Assembly (NCBI GenBank): GCA_002269645.1
Contig: NIVC01000041.1
Location: forward strand, 1-64,000
From: Macrostomum lignano
Taxonomy: Eukaryota
DNA length: 64,000 nt
Reading direction: 5' to 3'
The notes below the pieces were generated by a model. That model was not told the origin of the DNA. It saw only the letters and a list, made by a program, of their open reading frames with translations, and ran no database searches. This document shows positions 1 through 31,308 of this stretch, piece after piece. Both the position numbers and the translations under genes were made by a program. The number at the start of each line of letters is the position of its first letter. Positions within the stretch are counted from its first letter, which is position 1.

Positions 1-18375
<18,375 letters not shown>

Positions 18376-18766
18376 GCGCTTCTAGGTTTCTCCCCTGCTG
18401 ACTCCCCTGCTTGCTGGATCGCATGACAAAAGAGTAGTGAATGAGTATAGCTGAGTTGCTACCAAAGGCATGGCTTTTAAGACCGGTTTGCAGTGAACCG
18501 TATTTTTTACGCTCGTACAAAGAATGCGCGAGATTCTCTGAGATACTCGAATTTTTTGCTAGCCTGAACTCGTGTCTCGGCGCCATGAGAGTCTGGCTGT
18601 TTCAGCAGAACTGCCTGCGAAATCGTATTTGTAGTGAGTAGCGGAAAGCCTCCATTGGACTCACTGCAGTGCTCTAAATAACTGAAGCTTTGGCTGCATC
18701 ATATTCAGCTCTGCCTCCATTAGGCTGCCAGCACCAGCTGTTGATTGACTGGCTGCTCTGGTTACA

Positions 18767-19165
<399 letters not shown>

Positions 19166-19429
19166 AGGCCTTAACTGTGCATTAAATTGCACTTCCTGAG
19201 CTGCTGCAAAAATGACACGCAATGTCAACTGTTTGGCACTAAATTAAATCAGAAAACCAAACAGAGGAAGTTCAGCACTTAGAACCTTAACTTAGTGAAT
19301 ACACTCTACACTATGGGGTCTCCGTACAAAATCTAATGACCACTAATATTTCCATTTTTATGCACCGCATCAATGCTGCTTAGTTACTCTCTTGTCAATT
19401 GTGGGCAGAGTGAGGCAGGTGTCAGATAG

Positions 19430-19565
19430 GTGGGTGTCAGATATTTGGATGTCAGATATTTGGATGTCAGATATTTGGATGTCAGATATTTGGATGTCAG
19501 ATATTTGGATGTCAGATATTTGGATGTCAGATATTTGGATGTCAGATATTCGGGTGTCAGATAGT
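19430..19565. repeat. 15-bp minisatellite GTCAGATATTTGGAT
   Basis: Direct, about 9 copies. Confidence 0.92.
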
Positions 19566-20809
19566 GAACAGGCACTGTGCACCAATCCAGCTTGAACAGC
19601 CATCCCCACAGAACAGCAGTCTAAGCAGCGGACGAGTGGCTGTTCATTAATCACAATAATCAGTCAGCACAAACACAGCCCGTTTTCCAGCGTATTGATT
19701 TAAATTTTATTAAGTTTTAGCTTCGTAAAAATACACGATTAGCTAATTCAACTACTAATTCAACTACTATTCAAATACTCGTAAGTAGTGCATGCGCATA
19801 TTAGGCTATTATTTAGCAACATAGACAATCGGCATCCCAGCTGGCTTTGGATGGGAATTAATTAGGTGTGTCATTAGAATTCAAAATAAAGCAAAACATC
19901 TACCTATTTAACCTGACTCCCCACTACCCCAACTTGCCTACCTGACCGCAGGCTTCAGCAGCGAGTTCCTCCGATGGCATCGCCCAGGTCCGCGTCGGCA
20001 TCCGCAATCTCTGGCGGCCAGACGCTGATGGTCTCGTCAGCAGATGCGGGAAACCGCACCGCAGCATCTGGCGCCCTCTCCGGTGTCGGAAAACTTCGTT
20101 AAGCTTGAAATTCTCAATATTCGAGACAAGCATTGAAATTGCGTACATGTCCCCGACGTCTACTGACAGTAGAAAACCCGAGTATTATCAATATTTTAAC
20201 TGGTTAAGTATAATTTTAACACCTAGTTAACCTGCTTGTAGATAGAGCCTAGGGTGCTGCCATACGCGTTAATAATAGCTATTGACCTTGTAATTCCATG
20301 GGTAAGGAAGCTTATTGAAATTGTGTAAACATTTTTAGTAATTTTCATCGCTTTCTCTTTTTAGAAAACGTAGCCCTACGAGCTCGCTTCAAACAACGTG
20401 TCAGAAACTGAGCAAAACACATAAATGACCTTTGTTTTTTTGCTTTACAAAAACTGTCATTTATCAGGGTGCCCTGTGTTGCGCGCATTGTCATTTGATT
20501 CTTTCTCTCTGCGATAAATTATCGACCAACTTCCAAACTTTATTTATAGTTTTGAGAAGCAACCGACTTTGTATGTGAAAAAATGCCCAATGATCTCTGA
20601 ATTTGAATGTGCTATCAATCAATTAAAATATATCTGATATCATTTGTTGTCTGTTGCTGGTCAATTACGGCAGACCTAATGAGTAGTGATGAAAGTGCAT
20701 GCTACACTTTTTAAAGAAAAATAGCTCAATTATTAAGCTGACTGAATTAAACTGGTACTGTAGTCTGAAGACAATTAATTCATCGTTATTTTAGTACTTT
20801 AAAACGTTA

Positions 20810-21155
20810 TATGAGTCTTCCTGCACTCAGTCAGCACAGATTCGGGCAGACTAAAGGAACATGTCTTCCTGAACTCAGTCAGCATAGATTCGGGCAGACT
20901 AAAGGAACATGTCTTCCTGCACTCAGTCAGCACAGATTCGGGCAGACTAAAGGAACATGTCTTCCTGAACTCAGTCAGCACAGATTCGGGCAGACTAAAG
21001 GAACATGTCTTCCTGAACTCAGTCAGCACAGATTCGGGCAGACTAAAGGAACATGTCTTCCTGAACTCAGTCAGCACAGATTCGGGCAGGCTAAAGGAAC
21101 ATGTCTTCCTGCACTCAGTCAGCACAGATTCGGGCAGGCTAAAGGAACATGTCTT
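20810..21155. repeat. 48-bp minisatellite (about 7 copies) overlapping the F-box gene stop codon
   Basis: Unit TCTTCCTG(C/A)ACTCAGTCAGCACAGATTCGGGCAGACTAAAGGAACATG. Confidence 0.93.
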
Positions 21156-22259
21156 TCAGCACGTGATCCAGCTGCCACCGCAGCATGGCTGTCCAGTCCT
21201 CTCTGCAGTTCGGCTGTCCTACCAGCCAAGCGTGGCCTTCAAGGTCGTCCAGACCAGCTCGTCGCACCAGATGCCGAGCATCGGATCCGCTCTGGTACTT
21301 CGATTCGCCGACTATTGCCAGCAGCAGCGGCACTGGGTGCCGAGGTCGTCGACCTGGAACGGCGGCAAAGGGCGCCATGACCCGCCTGACAAGCTTGTCC
21401 AGTTTGTGTCGCTGAAGTTGGTTCGGCAGCAGCAGCAGCTGGACGGCGTGACACTCGGCCAGTAGACGACGAGCTTCCCGACTGAGCTCGTTGATGGCGC
21501 CATCAGCAGCATCTGGGTTGGCATACGAACTCAGGAAGTCGGACAGCGCTACTCGGTTGCTGAACCAGCGATAGCGTCGGATGTCGGCCTGAGTTTCGCC
21601 GGGGTTTGAATTAGCCACGATGCTGTAGGCCACGCGGGTTAGCAGGGGGTCTGAAAAGGAAAAATAATTTCGACAGATTTATCGTACAGAACAAAACACT
21701 GCATCTGTTGCAGTGGGTCACGGGCAGACTCCAAGTCTCAAGCCTCACCAACGCTGCAGCAGGCGTAGACGGTCTGGAGTTCAACAGTCGCACCACATCC
21801 GGCCGCATCAGCCAGTGACAGGCGCCCCTCAGGCAGAGTGGCGAACAGGCCCGGGTCCTCAGCCAGGGTGAGCACCTCCACGCCACGGATGTCCATGTGC
21901 AGGTAGCCCTGTCGCCTCGCTCGAGCCAGGCCGTCCACCAGCTGACGGCAGTCCGCCTCAGTTCCGGCCGCTCGCAGCTCCTCGCCAGTCAGCAGGAAGT
22001 CCAAGCCGCAGGAGCAGCAGAAGCCTGTGCCACCCTGTGCCAGACTGTGCCCGCTGAGCGCCTGCCAGCCCCGGCTATCGATGAGGCGCAGGAGGCTGCG
22101 TCTTCGCGCGTAGGATAAAAAAAAGTGCGCCGAACCGATCACGGATTCGAACTCGCGACTGGCGGCTGCGCAGGCCAGCAGGTCGGAGACTGCTGTCAGG
22201 CGCAGGAAAATCTTCGCCAGCAGCTCCGGGGGCAGCCTGGGCAAGCCGCTATTCGGCAT
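21139..22259 (-). CDS. F-box protein, 2 exons, about 340 aa, C-terminus FBXO4-like
   Basis: Exon 22259-21749 (ATG; LPRLPPELLAKIFLRL..DLLACAAASREFESVI is an F-box), donor G|GTGAGG, 98-nt intron, acceptor ttttcAG, exon 21650-21139 (TAG). Phases match (G+AC = Asp). Confidence 0.8.
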
Positions 22260-22539
22260 GTTGATCAATCCAATCTGTTGACTCAAGTCCGACTGCAGTC
22301 GCGGCAGCTCATTATTTATCGCATGCCCGACCGTTCATCATTTTTGTTCTTTTTAATGAGCTCGACTCTCGAGTTGCGATTTTGTTTGACTGCTCACACT
22401 GCTTGTCGTTTGGGGAACGGATTTGGGAGGAGAAGTGAGTCTGAGCCTTACTAGGGCTCGGATGATTTACCGCGTTGAAAACTAAAACTGAGTGCACTAA
22501 TTTTGGTAAGGTAGCAGTGGCGTCGGTTCTCAAGCCATG

Positions 22540-25500
22540 ATAGTGTCACTGACTTGACTGTGTCACTGACTTGATTGTGTCACTGACATGATTGTGTTAC
22601 TGACTTGATATTGTCACTGACTTGATATTGTCCCTGACTTGATATTGTCACTGATTTGATAGTGTCACTGACTTGATAGTGTTACTGACTTCATGATATT
22701 GTCACTGACTTGATTGTGTCACTGACTTGATATTGTCACTGACTTGATTGTGTCACTGACTTGATATTGTCACTGACTTGATATTGTCACTGACTTGATA
22801 TTGTCACTGACTTGATATTGTCACTGACTTGATATTGTCACTGACTTGATTGTGTCACTGACTTGATATTGTCACTGACTTGATATTGTCACTGACTTGA
22901 CTGTGTCACTGACTTGATTGTGTCACTGACATGATTGTGTCACTGACTTGATATTGTCACTGATTTGATAGTGTCACTGACTTGATGGTGTTACTGACTT
23001 CATGATATTGTCACTGACTTGATTGTGTCACTGACTTGATATTGTCACTGACTTGATTGTGTCACTGACTTGATATTGTCACTGACTTGATATTGTCACT
23101 GACTTGATATTGTCACTGACTTGATATTGTCACTGACTTGATATTGTCACTGACTTGATTGTGTCACTGACTTGATATTGTCACTGACTTGATATTGTCA
23201 CTGACTTGACTGTGTCACTGACTTGATTGTGTCACTGACATGATTGTGTCACTGACTTGATATTGTCACTGATTTGATAGTGTCACTGACTTGATAGTGT
23301 TACTGACTTCATGATATTGTCACTGACTTGATTGTGTCACTGACTTGATATTGTCACTGACTTGATATTGTCACTGACTTGATATTGTCACTGACTTGAT
23401 ATTGTCACTGACTTGATATTGTCACTGACTTGATATTGTCACTGACTTGATTGTGTCACTGACTTGATTGTGTCACTGACTTGATATTGTCACTGACTTG
23501 ATATTGTCACTGACTTGATTGTGTCACTGACTTGATTGTGTCACTGACTTGATATTGTGACTGACTTGATTGTGTCACTGACTTGATTGTGTCACTGACT
23601 TGATATTGTGACTGACTTGATTGTGTCACTGACTTGATTGTGTCACTGACTTGATATTGTCACTGACTTGATATTGTCACTGACTTGATTGTGTCACTGA
23701 CTTGATATTGTCACTGACTTGATTGTGTCACTGACTTGATATTGTCACTGACTTGATATTGTCACTGACTTGATATTGTCACTGACTTGATATTGTCACT
23801 GACTTGATTGTGTCACTGACTTGATTGTGTCACTGACTTGATATTGTCACTGACTTGATTGTGTCACTGACTTGATTGTGTCACTGACTTGATATTGTCA
23901 CTGACCTGATATTGTCACTGACTTGATTGTGTCACTGACTTGATTGTGTCACTGACTTGATATTGTCACTGACTTGATATTGTCACTGACTTGATATTGT
24001 CACTGACTTGATTGTGTCACTGACTTGATATTGTCACTGACTTGATATTGTCACTGACTTGATATTGTCACTGACTTGATTGTGTCACTGACTTGATTGT
24101 GTCACTGACTTGATATTGTCACTGACTTGATATTGTCACTGACTTGATATTGTCACTGACTTGATATTGTCACTGACTTGATATTGTCACTGACTTGATT
24201 GTGTCACTGAATTGATTGTGTCACTGACTTGATATTGTCACTGAATTGATATTGTCACTGACTTGATATTGTCACTGACTTGATATTAACAGTGACTTGA
24301 TATTGTCACTGACTTGATATTAACAGTGACTTGATATTAACAGTGACTTGATATTGTCACTGACTTGATATTAACAGTGACTTGATATTGTCACTGACTT
24401 GATATTGTCACTGAATTGATATTGTCACTGACTTGATATTGTCACTGACTTGATATTAACAGTGACTTGATATTGTCACTGACTTGATATTAACAGTGAC
24501 TTGATATTGTCACTGACTTGATATTGTCACTGACTTGATATTGTCACTGACTTGATTGTGTCACTGACTTGATATTGTCACTGAATTGATATTGTCACTG
24601 ACTTGATATTGTCACTGACTTGATATTAACAGTGACTTGATATTGTCACTGACTTGATATTGTCACTGACTTGATATTAACAGTGACTTGATATTGTCAC
24701 TGACTTGATTGTGTTCACTGATTTGATATTGTCACTGACTTGATTGTGTCACTGACTTGATTATGTCACTGACTTGATTGTGTCACTGACTTGATTGTGT
24801 CACTGACTTGATTGTGTCACTGACTTGATATTGTCACTGACTTGATTGTGTCACTGACTTGATATTGTCACTGACTTGATATTGTCACTGACTTGATTGT
24901 GTCACTGACTTGATTGTGTCACTGACTTGATATTGTCACTGACTTGATATTGTCACTGACTTGATTGTGTCACTGACTTGATTGTGTCACTGACTTGATA
25001 TTGTGACTGACTTGATTGTGTCACTGACTTGATTGTGTCACTGACTTGATTGTGTCACTGACTTGATATTGTCACTGACTTGATTGTGTCACTGACTTGA
25101 TATTGTCACTGACTTGATATTGTCACTGACTTGATATTGTCACTGACTTGATATTAACAGTGACTTGATATTGTCACTGACTTGATTGTGTTCACTGATT
25201 TGATATTGTCACTGACTTGATTGTGTCACTGACTTGATTATGTCACTGACTTGATTGTGTCACTGACTTGATTGTGTCACTGACTTGATTGTGTCACTGA
25301 CTTGATATTGTCACTGACTTGATTGTGTCACTGACTTGATATTGTCACTGACTTGATATTGTCACTGACTTGATATTGTCACTGACTTGATATTAACAGT
25401 GACTTGATATTGTCACTGACTTGATTGTGTTCACTGATTTGATATTGTCACTGACTTGATTGTGTCACTGACTTGATTATGTCACTGACTTGATTGTGTC

Positions 25501-26725
25501 ACTGACTTGATTGTGTCACTGACTTGATATTGTCACTGACTTGATTGTGTCACTGACTTGATATTGTCACTGACTTGATTGTGTCACTGACTTGATATTG
25601 TCACTGACTTGATATTGTCACTGACTTGATATTGTCACTGACTTGATATTAACAGTGACTTGATATTGTCACTGACTTGATTGTGTTCACTGATTTGATA
25701 TTGTCACTGACTTGATTGTGTCACTGACTTGATTATGTCACTGACTTGATTGTGTCACTGACTTGACTGTGTCACTGACTTGATTGTGTCACTGACTTGA
25801 TTGTGTCACTGACTTGACTGTGTCACTGACTTGATTGTGTCACTGACTTGATTATGTCACTGACTTGATCATGTCACTGACTTGATTGTGTCACTGACTT
25901 GATTGTGTCACTGACTTGATTGTGTCACTGACTTGACTGTGTCACTGACTTGATTGTGTCACTGACTTGATTATGTCACTGACTTGACTGTGTCACTGAC
26001 TTGACTGTGTCACTGACTTGACTGTGTCACTGAATTAATTGTGTCACTGACTTGATTGTGTCACTGACTTGATTATGTCACTGACTTGACTGTGTCACTG
26101 ACTTGACTGTGTCACTGAATTAATTGTGTCACTGACTTGATTGTGTCACTGACTTGACTGTGTCACTGACTTGATTGTGTCACTGACTTGATTATGTCAC
26201 TGACTTGACTGTGTCACTGACTTGATTGTGTCACTGACTTGATTGTGTCACTGACTTGACTGTGTCACTGACTTGACTGTGTCACTGACTTGATTGTGTC
26301 ACTGAATTAATTGTGTCACTGACTTGATTGTGTCACTGAATTAATTGTGTCACTGACTTGATTGTGTCACTGACTTGATTATGTCACTGACTTGACTGTG
26401 TCACTGACTTGACTGTGTCACTGAATTAATTGTGTCACTGACTTGATTGTGTCACTGACTTGACTGTGTCACTGACTTGACTGTGTCACTGAATTAATTG
26501 TGTCACTGACTTGATTGTGTCACTGACTTGACTGTGTCACTGACTTGATTGTGTCACTGACTTGATTATGTCACTGACTTGACTGTGTCACTGACTTGAT
26601 TGTGTCACTGACTTGACTGTGTCACTGAATTGACTGTGTCACTGACTTGACTGTGTCACTGACTTGATATTGTCACTGACTTGACTGTGTCACTGAATTG
26701 ACTGTGTCACTGAATTGATTGTGCG
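22540..26725. repeat. Large 17-bp satellite GTCACTGACTTGAT(ATT/TGT), about 4.2 kb (about 245 units)
   Basis: Direct; several variant units and block duplications. Confidence 0.97.
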
Positions 26726-27029
26726 CGTCATTCGTACTGTCTTACAAGTGCCACTCTGTCACCAACATGGCAGTAACAAATTAACACAATCTATTAGAAA
26801 ATTCATATTTAATTGGTAACATATTTCAACTTGTTTTACTAACACATAACGCATAGAAATAGTTTGTATGCAATAAAATAAAAATTTAATTAGCACGATT
26901 TATATGAGTAGTGCGTAGCGAATATAAAGGTAAAATTCACGAGATCAAGAGGGATGACACTGCTTCAAAATAAAATTTTTACAAACATTAAGTGAGAATT
27001 TTCTTTGGTTTCCTATGACACCCGGTGGG

Positions 27030-27190
27030 AGCTGTGTGCATGAGTGCGTGCCGGTGTACAGTATTGGCGCTTGCAGGTGCTCAGGAGTCGCGTCAGCGCT
27101 GGCTGTGGGAGGATTTCGCCGAAGGCGTCGCGTCAGGGTGCCAACAGCCAGCCCTACTGTAATTATGGGTATTGTAAACCCCTTCGCTTT
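27030..27190 (+). mobile_element. 5'-truncated copy of the SINE-like repeat at 140-415
   Basis: Shares gtgtg(c/a)atgagtgcgtgcc..gtacagtat, gtgctcagga and cgctgg.tgtgg..gatttcgc blocks with 280-415. Confidence 0.45.
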
Positions 27191-27349
27191 GAAGTGAATT
27201 TGTCAATAGATAAGAACATTAAATTTTATTGCACTAGGTAAACAAATTCATGGTTTAATCCCCTTCCGCATGTCGTTTTTTACGGGCTATGAGAATTTCC
27301 CGCGGGGGTTTCCAGTCGGAATTTCAAGTCAAATCCAATCGGATTTGAA

Positions 27350-28045
27350 ATCGCTAGTCTAGTCTACTCTTAGTTCTCTAATCTAGTCTACTCTTAGTTC
27401 TCTAATCTAGTCTACTCGTAGTTCTAATCTAGTCTAGTCTAGTTCTAATCTAATCTAGTCTAGTTCTAATCTAATCTAGTCTAGTTCTAATCTAATCTAG
27501 TCTAGTTCTAATCTAATCTAGTCAAGTTCTAATCTAGTCTAGTCTAGTTTTAATCTAATCTAGTCTAGTTCTAATCTAATATAGTCTAGTTCCTAATCTA
27601 ATCTAGTCTATTTCTAATCTAATCTAGTCTAGTTCTAATCTAATCTAGTCTAGTTCTAATCTAATCTAGTCAAGTTCTAATCTAGTCTAGTCTAGTTCTA
27701 ATCTAATCTAGTCTAGTTCTAATCTAATCTAGTCTAGTTCTAATCTAATCTAGTCTAGTTCTAATCTAATCTAGTCAAGTTCTAATCTAGTCTAGTCTAG
27801 TTTTAATCTAATCTAGTCTAGTTCTAATCTAATATAGTCTAGTTCCTAATCTAATCTAGTCTATTTCTAATCTAATCTAGTCTAGTTCTAATCTAATCTA
27901 GTCTAGTTCTAATCTAATCTAGTCTAGTTTTAATCTAATCTAGTCTAGTTCTAATCTAATATAGTCAAGTTCTAAACCTCGGGAAAACCTCGGGAAAACC
28001 TCGGGAAAACCTCGGGAAAACCTCGGGAAAACCTCGGGAAAACCT
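27350..28045. repeat. AT-rich TCTAA/TCTAG-based repeat followed by (AAACCTCGGGA)n
   Basis: Direct. Confidence 0.92.
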
Positions 28046-28348
28046 CGCTGTGGAAAATTCTCGTGTTCTAGTTTTCTGAAGCCATGGTGTGTATTGACTT
28101 ACTGCGAACTTGGAGCAACACTATTGAAGTCTGGCGAACTAACTGGATTAAAAAAAACTACTCTGGTTTGTCTATGGTAAAAAGCTGTTTTGACATGGCG
28201 CATCGAAAATCAAGAAAAAATCTCTACTTTGCTTTGGTTCTCGCTTATTAGTAGTGATTGACACATCTACAAGTAGGTATAGTAGTATAGTAGTACATTC
28301 CGACATTCCCAGCATATTAATAAATCGAGTTTCCACTTCACCAGTTAA

Positions 28349-31272
28349 TCAGACAAAACAGCGAAGGCGAAGAGCCAGCGGCACCGAAACCAGCGACATC
28401 AGCAGCGTCAGGACATTCGAACCTCGGAGTCGGAGAACTCCGCTAGAAGGCAGAGGCTGCCCCGCCGTCGCCGCTGGAACCTGCTGACTTCGGCGACTGC
28501 CTTCATCTCGACCTTCGTCTCCGGCCACTTCAAAACTCGAAGCGCCGATGTCGTCTTCCTCTCCAAAAGCGGCATTGTCCTTCAGGACACCAACGTCGCT
28601 GCTACCGCTTCTGCCGCTGCCGCCGTCGCCGCCGCCGCCTCGACCTCTGCCGTCGCCGGTCAGCCAATGAACGGCCAGGCCCAGCGGCCAGTTGGCCGAG
28701 TGGCCATCGATTTTGTCCGTGACGAACAGTCGCTGCTCCGGCGGGAAACCGTAGCCTTTGGACAGCAGGTTGGAGATGTGCACCAGGCCGATACAGGCAT
28801 AGGGCGCGTACCGTCCAGTGCTGACTGGGCTGGCGCAGGCCGTCCGGGCAGCCGAGATCAGGTACGCTACGCTCAGGTTGGCAGGCACTGGCTGGGCGGC
28901 ACTCGGCCACCGAGAGTAGTACGTGTTGGCCGAGTAGTAAAACGAGGAGACGGCCACGAACCGCTCCGAGATCGGCACGGGCAGCCTGGGAGTGGCCGAA
29001 GGAACCTCAAGCTATTATCGACTGTCTCACCTGTGCTCTCCCCTTATCTTATCTATAAATCAGTCTCACCTGTGCTCCCCCCTTATCTTATCTATAAATC
29101 AGTCTCACCTGCGCTCCCCCTTATCTATAAATCAGTCTCAACTGTGCTCCTCCCTTATCTATAAATCAGTCTCAACTGTGCACCTCCCTTATCTATAAAT
29201 CAGTCTCACCTGTGCACCCCCCTTATCTATAAATCAGTCTCACCTGCGCTCCCCCTTATCTATAAATCAGTCTCACCTGTGCACCCTGGCAGCCTGCAGC
29301 CGGTGCTCGTGCTGCTGTGAGCACAGGTCGTACCTTTCAGCGTCGTCAACCTGACTGTCGCCCTGCACCACAACCGTGATGGCACCGAAGCTGAAGTTGG
29401 CCGAGAAATTCGCCGCCAGGCAGGGCGTCACAAAGTGTCCATCGCCGCTATCCTCGCTGTGCCCGAGCAGGTCGAGCGTCACCTGAAATTGTCGGGGAAA
29501 TTTTTTCGAAAACAATACAATACGCATTCACGCTACTGTAAGTAGCTAGAATTATAATGCTTAGATTTTTTAATAAACGTTATTTTGAAATGCTAAATTA
29601 TCAATAAAATCTGCATCGCGGAGCAAATGTCTCAAATGTGTCACCAAAATCTGCCTCGCCTGGTTTCACAATAATTAGCCTCAACTGTGTCACAATAATT
29701 AGCCCCACCTGTGTCACAATAATTAGCCTAACCTGTGTCACAATAATTAGCCTCACCTGTGTCACAATAATTAGCCTAACCTGTGTCACAATAATTAGCC
29801 TCACCTGTGTTACAAAAATTAGCCTCAACTGTGTCACAATAATTAGACTAAATTGTGTCACAATAATTAGCCTCAACTGTGTCACAATTATTAGCCTCAC
29901 CTGGTGTCACAATAATTAGCCCCCACCTGTGTCACAATAATTAGCCTCACCTGTGTCACAATAATTAGCCCCCACCTGTGTCACAATAATTAGCCTCACC
30001 TGTGCCACAATAATTAGCTGCATTTGTGCCACAATAATTAGCTGCATTTGTGTCACAATAATTACCTGATTACATATTATAATTAACCCTCTAAACGCAC
30101 CTTGGACATGCCCAGAGTCTGGTAGCTATGCTGATGCAGCACGAACACTCTTCCCCCCAGCGTCCGAAAATTCGCCACAAACTCATCGGACATGGCCGGC
30201 CATTCCGGCTGGAAAACGATCTGCGTTGACCCGCCGCCCATGTCCAACAGTCCGTAGGTGTTGCCATGGCGACCCAGCGAATTCATGAGAAAGTTCACAG
30301 CCAGCCAGCCGTACAGAGCCTCCTCAGTGCCCGTCAGCACTCGGGCCGACACCGAACCCAGCCTCCCGCCCTTGCCTGCCGCGTCTGACAGCGCCCGCTT
30401 CGCCGCCTTCAACAGCCGCAGCTGGTCGGAGCGCTGAAGGCTGCGCAGGCCGGCCGTGGCCGCCAGGACCGCCTGTGGCGGCGGCGCCTCCGCTGGCACC
30501 CGCTCGCTGGCGAAGGCCAACAGCGGCGCCAGGTTGCCGGCCACCCGCTGGGGGAAATGGCGATAAGCGGACAGGCCCGGCCGGACGCTCTCGTAGTCTA
30601 GGCGGACCAGGCGGAGGCCGGCCGAGTGGCTGGGATCCGGCCGGAAGTGCATCACGTTGATCCGGGTGCCGGTGCTTCCGGCATCGAGTACCAACAGGTA
30701 TTTGTCAGCAGCAGCGTTCGGTTGCTGCGTCGGTTGCTTGGCGGACTGTGTCGGTTGCTGGGTGGATGAAGTCGGTTGCTGGGTGGAATTCGGCGGTTGT
30801 TGGGCGGATGAAGTCGGTTGCTGGGCGGAATTCGGAGGTTGCTGGGTGGAATTCGGCGGTTGCTGGGTGGAATTCGGCGGTTGCTGGGTGGAATTCGGCG
30901 GTTCCTGGGTGGAATTCGGCGGTTGCTGGGCGGATGAAGTCGGTTGCTGGGCGGATGAAGTTGGTTGCTGGGTGGATGAAGTCGGTTGCTGGGCGGATGA
31001 AGTTGGTTGCTGGGTGGAATTCGGCGGTTGCTGGGCGGATGAAGTCGGTTGCTGGGCGGATGAAGTTGGTTGCTGGGTGGATGAAGTCGGTTGCTGGGTG
31101 GATGAAGTCGGTTGCTGGGTGGATGAAGTCGGTTGCTGGGTGGATGAAGTCGGTTGCAGTGTGATATTCCGGTCAAATGTTTTCAGCAGTTTGCCATCTG
31201 ATGGAGATGCCGGCTGAGACCCCCAAACACTGATCCACCACCGAGGCTCAAGAGAAATAGAAAGCAGATCAT
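28349..31272 (-). CDS. GDA1/CD39-family nucleoside triphosphate diphosphohydrolase (apyrase; ENTPD5/6-like core) with signal peptide, mucin-like repeat and hydrophobic C-tail
   Basis: ACR motifs: DAGSTG (ACR1), ATAGLR (ACR2), GTEEALYGWLAVN (ACR3), DMGGGSTQ (ACR4), NWPLG (ACR5). Exons 31272-30101, 29482-29277, 28985-28349 with matching phases. One extra G is needed in the G5 run (plus-strand C 31220-31224) to join the signal peptide MICFLFLLSLGGGSVFG to the catalytic frame. Confidence 0.88.
29020..29282. repeat. About 33-35-bp minisatellite containing copies of the NTPDase exon-2 donor
   Basis: Plus strand TCTCACCTGTGC..CCCCTTATCTATAAATCAG repeated. Confidence 0.9.
29640..30065. repeat. 24-bp minisatellite TGTGTCACAATAATTAGCCTCACC
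   Basis: Direct, about 17 copies in NTPDase intron 1. Confidence 0.93.
30740..31158 (-). repeat. 21-bp coding repeat (about 20 units) translating as QQPTSS(T/A) / QQPPNST
   Basis: All units are 21 bp, with no stop in the frame that continues into DKYLLVLDAGSTG. Confidence 0.85.
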
Positions 31273-31294
31273 CTGCTGGCCTCCAACAATATTG

Positions 31295-31308
31295 GTTACC
31301 ATGGAGAC
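31295..31308. promoter_or_regulatory. RFX X-box-like motif GTTACCATGGAGAC
   Basis: Reverse complement GTCTCCATGGTAAC fits the 14-bp X-box consensus; about 25 bp upstream of the NTPDase ATG at 31272. Confidence 0.5.

Noticed and set aside
22540-26725. CRISPR-like appearance of regular repeats (also 8897-9490, 20810-21155)
   Set aside because: Units are head-to-tail with no unique spacers, there are no cas genes, and the context is eukaryotic with introns.
27350-27975. Interstitial telomere-like repeat
   Set aside because: Units are TCTAA/TCTAG-based, not (TTAGGG)n.
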